Below are positions 48,746 to 57,949 of a DNA stretch of 64,000 nt, piece by piece. The stretch is from NCBI GenBank assembly GCA_043822705.1, contig JBDRBK010000082.1, positions 1-64,000 on the forward strand. The letters run 5' to 3'. Position 1 is the stretch's first letter. The number at the start of each line of letters is the position of its first letter. This stretch comes from Fidelibacterota bacterium. GTDB taxonomy: Bacteria; Fidelibacterota; Marinisomatia; Marinisomatales; TCS56. A program made the translations under genes and the position numbers. The notes under the pieces are model-generated. The model ran no database searches. It was not told the origin of the DNA and saw nothing but the letters and a program-made list of their open reading frames with translations.

Positions 48746-49672
48746 ATGCATTTAAGAACTGTGTTTTTAATTGGTATGTTTATTACCGGAGCGTTCGCAC
48801 AGCCTCCTTTGGTGAAAAGTATTGTGCCGTTGTTTAGTGAAACCAGGGAACAATACTATCACCCACAGTTTAGTCCTGATGATTCCAGGCTTTTATTGAC
48901 CAAATCGAACTTCCAGGGATTATTTGAATATCACCTGGAAACTGGTGACCTGAAAACGGTGACTGATGAGACGGGGGCCGGCTACCAACCAGCCTATTCA
49001 GTTGACGGGCAAACCATCTACTATCGAACGAGCGTCATGAATGACAGGCAAAATTATTTCTCTCTTGTAAGATATAATTCTGCTACCGGAGAAAAAATTA
49101 TTGTTGAAGCAGGAAAAAGAGATTTGTCACCACCGCAAAATTTAGCTTCCGGTAGCGTGGTTTATACAACAGACAATGAAATTCGAGAAATTGAGATTGC
49201 TGTTCGGCAAAAAAAGGCCGTGTGCAGCACCCCGTATGCTCAGATTCATGAAAGCAAGTCCATACGGATAACAGCTGGTGAAGAAGCTAAGGTCATTCAG
49301 CCTAAAGGGAATAGGATGTATTTGTGGCCCTCTGTCTCACCGGATAGCAACAGGCTGTTGTTTACAGTAGCTGGAATGGGCACATTTATTTCGGATCTGG
49401 ATGGAAATATTTTAGTCGAGCTTGGTCAAGCAAACGTGCCTTCATGGTCGCCTGACGGGAAATGGATCGTTTTTATGCGCGATATTGATGATGGTCATTT
49501 GATTACCGCATCAGATATATACATAGCAAACGCCGATGGTAGCTCGGTAATGAATATTACCAGCACACCAAATATTATTGAGCTGTATCCAAACTGGAGC
49601 CATGAAGGAAGTAAAATTGTATGTTCCACTGATGACGGTGCCATTTATCTGATTAATCTGGAATGGAAATAA
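48746..49672 (+). CDS. TolB-like (PD40 repeat) beta-propeller protein
   Basis: SD AAGGAG; PQFSPD, PAYSVDG, PSWSPDGKWIVF, DDGH.IT.SDIY. Confidence 0.82.
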   Translation: MHLRTVFLIGMFITGAFAQPPLVKSIVPLFSETREQYYHPQFSPDDSRLLLTKSNFQGLFEYHLETGDLKTVTDETGAGYQPAYSVDGQTIYYRTSVMNDRQNYFSLVRYNSATGEKIIVEAGKRDLSPPQNLASGSVVYTTDNEIREIEIAVRQKKAVCSTPYAQIHESKSIRITAGEEAKVIQPKGNRMYLWPSVSPDSNRLLFTVAGMGTFISDLDGNILVELGQANVPSWSPDGKWIVFMRDIDDGHLITASDIYIANADGSSVMNITSTPNIIELYPNWSHEGSKIVCSTDDGAIYLINLEWK

Positions 49673-49681
49673 GGGACGGAC

Positions 49682-51943
49682 ATGCGAAAAATTATTATCA
49701 TGTTCGGAATGCTTGTTTCCAGTGCTTTTACCCAGGATCTGACCGGTATAAAAATCTGTATTGATGCCGGCCACGGCGGACACGAATCGGACGACCGCCA
49801 TATCCTGGCAACCGATTTCTGGGAATCGGAAAGTAATTTGACCAAAGCGCTGGAACTGGACGTACTCCTTTCTGCACTAGGTGCCGATGTTCTGCTGACT
49901 CGCTATGCCAACGATGATAATGTAGCGGATGATCCGAGTCTTTCCCAGCGTGTAGCGATTGCCAATCAATTCAGTGCCGATTTTTTCCACTCGATTCACA
50001 GTAATGGCTATAATGGGGAACGGAACTCGACGCTGATGCTGTTTCAGGGCTTTGACAATGATCCGACTTGGGACGAGGCTAAGGAGTTGTCTGATATTAT
50101 GGCAGTCGAGCTGTATGATGCACACCGCACGACAGCCTACTCCGTACGGGGTGATTTCGATTTTTACGGGACCGGTGAGGCCTACCTGGGCGTACTGAAA
50201 GGTTTAACTATGCCCGGAACGCTGTCCGAAGGATCATTCCATGATTATATACCGGAGTCCTGGCGATTGCAGAACCTGGATTACCGGAAACATGAATCCT
50301 GGGCGATTGCCCGTTCTTTAATCGCCTATTACACTGCGGGAAGCTATGGCGTTGGTGAAATTGCCGGTGTAGTGCGTAATAATGAAATGACGGTTGACTA
50401 TTTTTATCTCACCGCTACCAATGATGCCAAAGCACCGGTAAACGATATAACGGTGACTGTAACCCCTGGCGATCTTATCTATTACGGCGATGAACTCAAT
50501 AATGGTTTTTTCCTGTTTGATTCATTATCGCCGGGGCAATACAAGGTTGTTTTTGAGGCAACTAATTTTGATAAGGATTCGATAACGATAACGGTTACGG
50601 CCAATCAAACAATTTTCGCCGATTGCTGGCTGACACCGGACAGCAACTGGGTGGCACCGCCCGAAATTCCGGAAAATATCCGCGTGCACAGCATTGATGA
50701 CACTTCCATCAGGATCGATTGTGCCGAAACGGCTCGCGCTGACAGCTATATTGCATATATCAGCACGGATGGAATTGCCTTTGTCGATTCGGTAGTGGCG
50801 CCTGACAGCAGTATCCTGATAACGGGATTGACCGAAAACCAACCCTATTATTTCAAACTGAAAACTAAAAATGGTACTGGGACTTCGTCTACTACAAAAA
50901 AAGTATATGGTGGTGCTCCTTCGTCCGGCGATCTTAATATTTTGTTGGTCAACGGTTTCGATCGCAGTACGAATACCAGCAACGATTATGTCCGCTTTTA
51001 CGGAACCCCGATCACAGCCAATGGGTATGGTTTTTCGTATTGCTTGAATGAGGAGGTGTATCAGGATCGGATTTCACTGCTGAATTATGACGTGGTGGTC
51101 TGGGCTTTAGGTGATGAAAGTACTCTCGATGAAACCTTCAATTCAGTCGAACAGGACCGGGTAGAAGCATACCTGAAAGCAGGTGGATATTTGTTTGTGT
51201 CAGGTGCTGAAATTGGCTGGGACCTGGAGGCGAAAGGCACTACCAGCGATATTGCTTTTTACCATAATTATCTAAAGGCGGATTACATCGCCGATGCACC
51301 GGATAATAAAAGTGCGACCTATTATTCAGCTACCGCCGTTCCGACTAAAATATTTTCTGGTATTTCCGACGTTTATTTCGATAACGGCACCCATGGTACG
51401 GTCGATATTGACTGGCCCGATGCCATAGCGCCGTATGGTGGTTCGGAGACAATCATGATATATAAGGGCGCTACACAATCCAACATTGCAGCTGTTGCTT
51501 TTGAAGGCACATTTCCAGCTGGTTCCATAGCCGGTAAATTAATCCATATGGCCTTTCCGTTTGAAACTATCTATAATGTGGACAGCCGAATTGAAGTGAT
51601 GACCAAGGTGCTGGGATTTTTTAATGGAACTAATGTAGCTGTCGAAGATCAGTTGATTGAGCTAAGGGAAATAGCATTGCGTCAAAATTATCCCAACCCA
51701 TTCAACCCGGTGACGAATATTAGTTTTACTTTGTCCAGGACCGATCGAGTGATGCTGGCAGTCTATGATATCAGTGGACGGCTGGTGAAAACAATTACCT
51801 GCGACGATTATAAAGCTGGTCAACATTTCGTCCAGTGGGATGGTACGAACAACGTTGGTGAATCCCAGGCCAGCGGTATATATTTTTATCGTCTTACCGC
51901 TACTGATATTAATTTGTCACGACGGATGACACTTCTCAAATAG
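49682..51943 (+). CDS. Secreted Amidase_3 + FN3 + alpha/beta domain + T9SS-like CTD
   Basis: IDAGHGG, ESESN, HSIHSN, LSEGSFHD; ITGL....YYFK; ILLVNGFDR..YL..GG.LFVSG.EIGW; NYPNPFNP CTD. Confidence 0.85.
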   Translation: MRKIIIMFGMLVSSAFTQDLTGIKICIDAGHGGHESDDRHILATDFWESESNLTKALELDVLLSALGADVLLTRYANDDNVADDPSLSQRVAIANQFSADFFHSIHSNGYNGERNSTLMLFQGFDNDPTWDEAKELSDIMAVELYDAHRTTAYSVRGDFDFYGTGEAYLGVLKGLTMPGTLSEGSFHDYIPESWRLQNLDYRKHESWAIARSLIAYYTAGSYGVGEIAGVVRNNEMTVDYFYLTATNDAKAPVNDITVTVTPGDLIYYGDELNNGFFLFDSLSPGQYKVVFEATNFDKDSITITVTANQTIFADCWLTPDSNWVAPPEIPENIRVHSIDDTSIRIDCAETARADSYIAYISTDGIAFVDSVVAPDSSILITGLTENQPYYFKLKTKNGTGTSSTTKKVYGGAPSSGDLNILLVNGFDRSTNTSNDYVRFYGTPITANGYGFSYCLNEEVYQDRISLLNYDVVVWALGDESTLDETFNSVEQDRVEAYLKAGGYLFVSGAEIGWDLEAKGTTSDIAFYHNYLKADYIADAPDNKSATYYSATAVPTKIFSGISDVYFDNGTHGTVDIDWPDAIAPYGGSETIMIYKGATQSNIAAVAFEGTFPAGSIAGKLIHMAFPFETIYNVDSRIEVMTKVLGFFNGTNVAVEDQLIELREIALRQNYPNPFNPVTNISFTLSRTDRVMLAVYDISGRLVKTITCDDYKAGQHFVQWDGTNNVGESQASGIYFYRLTATDINLSRRMTLLK

Positions 51944-51951
51944 GTGAATAA

Positions 51952-52578
51952 ATGGCAAAACCAAAAGTAATTCAATTTGTTACAACCATTTTGCTGATCG
52001 GACTATTATTATCCGGCTGCGGAGAACCAAATAAAATTGATTTTCCGACTGGATTGAAAACCGGTGATCTGATTTTCCTGAGAGCTAATCGCAGTGAATT
52101 CTGGAAGGCGGCCGGGAATCGTTTTGGAAACATCGGTATAGTCATGGATAATCGTGGCAAACAACAGGTACTTTCAGTAAATAATAATGTTCGTTTTATT
52201 GCGATCGATGAATTCACTGCTCGAAAGCGTTTTGAGGTACGACGTTTGCTGAATTATGACCAGTATCTGCATCCTGGTGCTATTCGGGAAATTCATATGA
52301 TAGCCAAGCGCTTGCTGAATACGCCGGAAGATCGTGAGTTAGCCTGGGATAATTCTAAATTCTACTCGGCTGAATTGGTATGGAAAGTCTATTATGAATT
52401 GCTCATGATGGTAGAATTGAGCAAACCCGGCATTTCCAGTGATATTGATTGGACCAAACCGGCGATCAGGAATTACATGAATCAGTATATGAATGGTCAG
52501 GTTCCCAAAATTCAGACGCTCATATTGCCTGATGCACTATATAGTTCCAAATTACTGGAAACAGTCTACCAGCGCTGA
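51952..52578 (+). CDS. YiiX/YebB-like permuted papain-fold lipoprotein, catalytic residues substituted
   Basis: Lipobox LSGC; LKTGDLIF; FGNIGIV (His site); KFYSAELVWKVY (Cys site); P..LY.S..L. Confidence 0.65.
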   Translation: MAKPKVIQFVTTILLIGLLLSGCGEPNKIDFPTGLKTGDLIFLRANRSEFWKAAGNRFGNIGIVMDNRGKQQVLSVNNNVRFIAIDEFTARKRFEVRRLLNYDQYLHPGAIREIHMIAKRLLNTPEDRELAWDNSKFYSAELVWKVYYELLMMVELSKPGISSDIDWTKPAIRNYMNQYMNGQVPKIQTLILPDALYSSKLLETVYQR

Positions 52579-52596
52579 CCGGACCCGGTTAATATT

Positions 52597-52627
52597 AAAA
52601 AGCCCCGTCGGGAAGACGGGGCTTTTT
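52597..52627. terminator. Bidirectional intrinsic terminator
   Basis: AAAAAGCCCCGTC-GGGAA-GACGGGGCTTTTT between convergent genes. Confidence 0.85.
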
Positions 52628-52632
52628 GTCTT

Positions 52633-55600
52633 CTACTTCAAATATAATAGTCGCCGGTGCAGCAGTGTCGATCCGGCTTCCAGTCGGTAGATATAGGTCC
52701 CGGAAGCGATCTGCTGGCCGAAATCATTCCGGCCGTCCCAGATCAGAGTGTGATACCCGGGCGAATAATAACCATCAGCCAGAGTGCGCACGTGCTGACC
52801 GAGAATGTTATAAATATCCAGGCGCAGGTCGCCGGCCAGCGGTGCCGTGAAGGCAATCGTGGTGCTGGGGTTGAACGGATTGGGGTAATTCTGATGGAGC
52901 ACGTAATTCTCCGGTTGCAGTGCCGGTTCAATTTCCGTGGCCAGCTCGATCGATTTTTTCACGACCCGCAGATCGTCGAAATAGAGCGTGCCGCTGACGG
53001 CGCCCTGTTCCCGGTCGTAGGTCAACTGAAAACTGTCGATACGCATGGTGCCATTCAAAACACCATCACCCAGCCAGGTACCGGTCTCACCGGCACTCAG
53101 GTCCCATGAAATCAGTTTCCAGCCGATCCAGTCGATCGTGTACCAGGGACTGACTTCATGGTTACTGCCGGTTTCCACCGGCAGATTATCGTCCAGCGCA
53201 AAGCGCAGCTTATTCATGCTGCCGTCGCCAAATACATAACACTGCAGGATATAGGTATTATCGAATTCGACCGCACGCGGCGTTCCGCCAGACAAATATT
53301 CCCGGATCATATTGGTAGCTGCGGCGGTGTCCCAAAGGTAATCGAGACGCCCCGTTTTGTAGGGTGCGGTACCGGGTACATAAGCCAGACTGCTGGTGGA
53401 CCATAATGTACCGGGTTTCAGAATGCCGCTGGTCGTGCCGCTGCCGTCCGGTTGCCACCAATTGGACGTGAGTGAAAAATTATCGATCAGACGAATTTCA
53501 TCATACTTGGTAGTGTCGGTACGGAACATGGCCGTTTCTTCGATAAAAGCATTGTCACTGGTATCGGTTATGACGCCGGTGAGGGTCAGGTTGTATAGGG
53601 CGTTGGACTCAAAACCGGATTCCGGACGGATACTGACCACGGACTGTACGCCGACCTGGGTATGATTGATAACTGCCGTGACCGGATTTCCCCGATGGCT
53701 CAGTCGAAAAGCGTCGGTTGTTATCGTTGTCGCTTCGATGATTTCATCGAAAACGATACTCAGCACATCATTGACGTCAATGCCGCTGGTAGTATCACCG
53801 AAAGTCAGGTTGGTCCGGGCAATTTCCGGTGGGAATTCATCGACCAGAGCGGTGCTGAAATTCAGGATGAAGGAACCACCGGGCTGGCCGTCGCCGTCGG
53901 CATCCAGTCGAACGCCATTGACATCGCTGGCGGAGGAATCGATTTTCAACGAGTAGGCGGTGGCGTAGGCTAGATTGCCGGGGAATTTGATTGTAAGTGA
54001 CTTGGTCTCATCGGTCCAGGTAAGAGTGTGGGAAGCCGCCGGTGTAATTGTCAGGGCGACGGCTACCGCGGCTGTATTCATGTTTTTCGAGAATTTGACT
54101 GTCAGTGAGCGATTTACATCAACTGTTTCGCCTTCCGTCGGGTAATGGCTCACGATTGTCGGCGCCAGCGATGGCAACGAATCGGCCAGCACTGTCGTCG
54201 ACGGTTCAGACTCTTTCCAGTAGCGATTCAACTGAGTGGCGGCATAGGTATAACGACCGTTGAAATCCTGTAGGCCATCGAAGGTTTCGGTAGCCGTAAA
54301 ACCGTCCGTGCTGAAGTAAATACCAATAATCTGGTCTGATGAAGAATCGATGGTTGCATCATCGGAGCGATAGACAGCAAACCAGGCGCCCGTGCCGCTT
54401 GTGGAGGGCGTCACCGTGAGCTGGTAATTAAAGGAATCGATCACGGTTAATGCCAGTCCCGGGGCCTCAGGCGCGACACTTTCAGTGTGTGCCGATTCGC
54501 GTACCTTAGTGACCCTGGAAAAGAATGTTTCGCCGGCGACTTTCCAGTATTGATGCAGGTCCCAGAAATCATTCCGGAAGAACTGGAATCCATCAACCCA
54601 GGGTACGGTGCGGCTTTTCTCGATGATACTGGGATGGCGCTCCCAGACATTTTCTTCGTCCAGCCGGTACGAGGCTGGACCGGCGGTGAATAATCGCCCA
54701 GCAGCGATTCCCGGCTGGATATAATCTCCCCAGCATTCCGGTGAATAGGCGGTCAGCATGCCGTAAAAACTGGCAGCGTCCAGCCAGTGGTAATGCATGG
54801 GCGTCAGTTGTTCGATGTCACCTTCATTGAACCACAGGGCGGCGTCCTGATAGACTGAGCCGTAGCCCTGCCAGCCAGACCAGTTATATTTTCCGAGGGC
54901 GGCAACCGAGAGGCGCACGTAGGGTTTGACGGTCTGAATCGAGTCATGCAGCATCTGAACAAAGGTCGTTACGCTGGCGCGCCAGTAATCCTCCCAGGAA
55001 GCGTACCCGGCGGGAACGCCGCCGCTGTAGGGATGCTCCAGATCATACAGAAAACGGTTCGGATCGGCATAGCGCAGGATTTGAAAATCCTTGGGTTCGT
55101 ACATGCCGTCCAGCTTGCTGATCTGTTCCAGCTCGGTTTCCCGCAGGGCCCGCATGTCACCAGTATCGTATTCGTTCCAGCGGATATAATCCAGGTGCAG
55201 GCCGTCCACATCGTAATTGTTGACAATTTCCATAGCTACGTCGCGGGTGTAGTCGCGGACTGCCGCCAGTCCCGGCGATAGAGCCCGGCTGGATGTCATC
55301 GGGTTGCCGCTGCCATCGCGACAGACCCATTCAGGATGCTCGGCGACCGGTGTCCCGGCAACGGTGGAAGAGGCGTGAAAAACGTTGAACCAGGCGTGCA
55401 GCTCGATACCGCGTTTATGCGCCTCGTCCACGGCATAAGCCAGCGGATCGAAACCGGGATCGATGCCGCCGGCATAGGCGCCCCAGGGTTCATAACTGGA
55501 AGAGTAGTAGGCCGTGCCGCTCTGGCGTACCTGCCACAGGACGGCATTCATATTGGCGGCTTTGTGATTGTCCAGAATCTGGCGAATCCGGGCTTTGGTC

Positions 55601-55749
55601 TGATCGGCGGTATTGGAACTGCTGATATACTCCCAGGTAACGACCCAGGTGGAACGGAATTCGGTATTTCCGGTCTGGGCTGCGACCGGCAGGATCAGGG
55701 CGGCGGACAGCAGTCCGGCAATTATATATTTTGTCATCTGGCTTTCCAT
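52633..55749 (-). CDS. Secreted GHL10/DUF187 (YddW/DigH-like) glycoside hydrolase + two Ig-like + CBM-like module + T9SS-like CTD
   Basis: EFRSTWV; NMNAVLWQVR; FDPLAYAVDEAHKRGIELHAWFN; HPEW; YDVDGLHLDYIR; NYPNPFNP CTD. Confidence 0.85.
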   Translation of the reverse strand: MESQMTKYIIAGLLSAALILPVAAQTGNTEFRSTWVVTWEYISSSNTADQTKARIRQILDNHKAANMNAVLWQVRQSGTAYYSSSYEPWGAYAGGIDPGFDPLAYAVDEAHKRGIELHAWFNVFHASSTVAGTPVAEHPEWVCRDGSGNPMTSSRALSPGLAAVRDYTRDVAMEIVNNYDVDGLHLDYIRWNEYDTGDMRALRETELEQISKLDGMYEPKDFQILRYADPNRFLYDLEHPYSGGVPAGYASWEDYWRASVTTFVQMLHDSIQTVKPYVRLSVAALGKYNWSGWQGYGSVYQDAALWFNEGDIEQLTPMHYHWLDAASFYGMLTAYSPECWGDYIQPGIAAGRLFTAGPASYRLDEENVWERHPSIIEKSRTVPWVDGFQFFRNDFWDLHQYWKVAGETFFSRVTKVRESAHTESVAPEAPGLALTVIDSFNYQLTVTPSTSGTGAWFAVYRSDDATIDSSSDQIIGIYFSTDGFTATETFDGLQDFNGRYTYAATQLNRYWKESEPSTTVLADSLPSLAPTIVSHYPTEGETVDVNRSLTVKFSKNMNTAAVAVALTITPAASHTLTWTDETKSLTIKFPGNLAYATAYSLKIDSSASDVNGVRLDADGDGQPGGSFILNFSTALVDEFPPEIARTNLTFGDTTSGIDVNDVLSIVFDEIIEATTITTDAFRLSHRGNPVTAVINHTQVGVQSVVSIRPESGFESNALYNLTLTGVITDTSDNAFIEETAMFRTDTTKYDEIRLIDNFSLTSNWWQPDGSGTTSGILKPGTLWSTSSLAYVPGTAPYKTGRLDYLWDTAAATNMIREYLSGGTPRAVEFDNTYILQCYVFGDGSMNKLRFALDDNLPVETGSNHEVSPWYTIDWIGWKLISWDLSAGETGTWLGDGVLNGTMRIDSFQLTYDREQGAVSGTLYFDDLRVVKKSIELATEIEPALQPENYVLHQNYPNPFNPSTTIAFTAPLAGDLRLDIYNILGQHVRTLADGYYSPGYHTLIWDGRNDFGQQIASGTYIYRLEAGSTLLHRRLLYLK

Positions 55750-56046
55750 AATAATGTGTTGGGAGAAATCGGATATTAAATCACTGATCTGGCGTCTGAA
55801 TTTATACCCGCTGGACGAGCGGAACCTATGTTTTTACGCACATTGGGGGTCGCTTGGATATCCGGTATTGCCGCTTTAACCTTTACAACTGCCGCTATTA
55901 ATTTCAGGGACTGGAATGGTACGATTTTCGGAAACAAATCTGGCCAGTAACGAATTTAATCACTGGTTAAACTATTCGGGTGTTTGACAGATCGCAGTGA
56001 CTGACTGGACCGTCGAAACAGAGACATACTTATAAGGAATTGTAAA

Positions 56047-57906
56047 ATGCCAAGAAAAAAGTCAAATATTCAGGAATATGAATACAAAGCCGAGATGAAG
56101 CAACTGCTGCATCTGATCGTCCATTCGCTGTACACGCATCCGGAAGTATTTTTACGGGAGTTGATATCCAACGCTTCCGACGCCCTGAACAAGGTGCGCT
56201 TTCGGCTGTTGACTGACAGCAACGTCGTCGATCCCGACGCGGAACTGAAAATCACGCTGACATTGGATTCCAAACACCACACGTTCAGTATCGAAGACAC
56301 CGGCATCGGCATGACCGAAACCAATTTGCGCGAGGAAATTGGTACGGTGGCCAGTTCCGGTACGCTGGAATATCTGGAAAAACTGAAGGCCGAAGGTAAA
56401 TCGCTGGAAGGCGACCTGATCGGTCAGTTCGGCGTCGGTTTCTACTCGGTATTCATGGTGACCGATGAGGTGACGATCGAAACCCGCCAGGCCGATCCGG
56501 ATTCGTCGGCCTACCGTTGGCAGTCGGATGGACAGGGGAAATATACAATCGAGGAGATCGACCGCCCGACCCGCGGCACGAAAATTTCCTTCAAACTGAA
56601 AAAGGACTACCAGGAATTCGCCGAAGAGTGGCGCGTAAAGAATATCATCGATAAATATTCAACTTTCGTGGAATTCCCGATTCTGATCGGCAGTGAACGT
56701 CTCAGCCGCGTTGGTGCCTTGTGGCAACAGCCCAAGGAAAACATCAGTGACGAGCAGCTTACGGAATTTTACAAGTATATTGCCAATGATTCCAAGCCGC
56801 CCCTGGGGCATCTGCACCTGGCGCTGGAAGGGAAAGTTAATTTCAAGGCATTGATTTTTCTGCCGCAGGCCGCGCCGCCGTTTTTCATGCGGGACCGCGA
56901 AGAAAAAACGCTGAACCTGTATGCCAATAAAATCTTCATCCAGGATGATGCCAAGGAATTGCTGCCGGAATACCTGCGATTTTTAAAAGGTGTGGTGGAT
57001 ACGGAAGACCTGCCACTAAATGTATCCCGGGAGGTCACTCAGTCCAGTCCGGTTATGCAGAAGATCAACCAGGTAGTCGTCAGTAAAGTATTGGGTTTGC
57101 TCGGTGACTGGGCCAAAAAGGATCGCGGCAAGTATGAGAAATTCTACAAGGAATTCGGCCAGTATCTGAAAATCGGACTGAATATGGATTTTTCCAACCG
57201 CGATAAATTGATCGATCTGCTGCGGTTTGAAACTACCAAATCCGAGGCCGGCGAATATGTTTCCCTGCGGGAATATGTCGATCGGATGACGGATGCTCAG
57301 AAGGAAATATACTACCTGACTGGGGAGGACCGTTCCACCGTGTTGCGGAATCCCAATCTGGAATATTTCAAGAAGAATCAGATTGAAGTGCTGCTGCTGA
57401 GCGATCCCTACGATATCATGACCATCCCGGCCATCGGCGAATATGATAAGAAGAAGCTGGTGTCGATTGAAAAATCCGATCTGGACCTGAAGACCGAAGA
57501 CAGCAGTACCGCCGAAGCCCTGAGCCCGGACCTGTCCCGGCCGCTGCTGGAAGTGTTCAAGGAAACCTTAGGCGACCGGGTCGAGGATGTGATCGAGTCA
57601 AAACGTCTGGTCAATTCAGCGGCCACCCTAGTGACCGGCAAAGACGCCTTGGACGCTCAAATGGAACGAATGATGAAAATGATGGACCAGAATTACACCG
57701 CCCAGAAGAAAATTCTGGAGATCAATACCAGCCACCCGCTGATCCGGAACCTGGCCCGGATTAATCTTGGTGACAGCAAAGACCCGGTCCTGCGGAAGAG
57801 CATTCTGCAACTGTTCGAAGGTGCATTACTGATCAGCGGTAATCTGGAGACGCCCACCGATTTTGTAGAACGGATGACCGAATTGATGACTCAGGCAACT
57901 AAATAA
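56047..57906 (+). CDS. htpG: Molecular chaperone HtpG (Hsp90)
   Basis: SLY..EVFLRELISNASDA; DTGIGM; IGQFGVGFYS; LLPEYLRFLKGVVD.EDLPLNVSRE; LEIN..HPLI. Confidence 0.96.
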   Translation: MPRKKSNIQEYEYKAEMKQLLHLIVHSLYTHPEVFLRELISNASDALNKVRFRLLTDSNVVDPDAELKITLTLDSKHHTFSIEDTGIGMTETNLREEIGTVASSGTLEYLEKLKAEGKSLEGDLIGQFGVGFYSVFMVTDEVTIETRQADPDSSAYRWQSDGQGKYTIEEIDRPTRGTKISFKLKKDYQEFAEEWRVKNIIDKYSTFVEFPILIGSERLSRVGALWQQPKENISDEQLTEFYKYIANDSKPPLGHLHLALEGKVNFKALIFLPQAAPPFFMRDREEKTLNLYANKIFIQDDAKELLPEYLRFLKGVVDTEDLPLNVSREVTQSSPVMQKINQVVVSKVLGLLGDWAKKDRGKYEKFYKEFGQYLKIGLNMDFSNRDKLIDLLRFETTKSEAGEYVSLREYVDRMTDAQKEIYYLTGEDRSTVLRNPNLEYFKKNQIEVLLLSDPYDIMTIPAIGEYDKKKLVSIEKSDLDLKTEDSSTAEALSPDLSRPLLEVFKETLGDRVEDVIESKRLVNSAATLVTGKDALDAQMERMMKMMDQNYTAQKKILEINTSHPLIRNLARINLGDSKDPVLRKSILQLFEGALLISGNLETPTDFVERMTELMTQATK

Positions 57907-57923
57907 GGCAGCAGAAATACCTG

Positions 57924-57949
57924 GGAGTACTGGTTTGTGCCAGTACTCC
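57924..57949 (+). terminator. Stem-loop after htpG
   Basis: GGAGTACTGG-TTTGTG-CCAGTACTCC. Confidence 0.55.

Noticed and set aside
48390..51943. Diversity-generating retroelement TR/VR pair from the similar 3' ends of the amidase genes
   Set aside because: Differences are not confined to adenines, both copies are coding CTDs, and no reverse transcriptase is present
55750..56046. CIRCE or CtsR operator upstream of htpG
   Set aside because: No TTAGCACTC-N9-GAGTGCTAA; the TGAC repeats near 55984-56010 do not fit a CtsR box well
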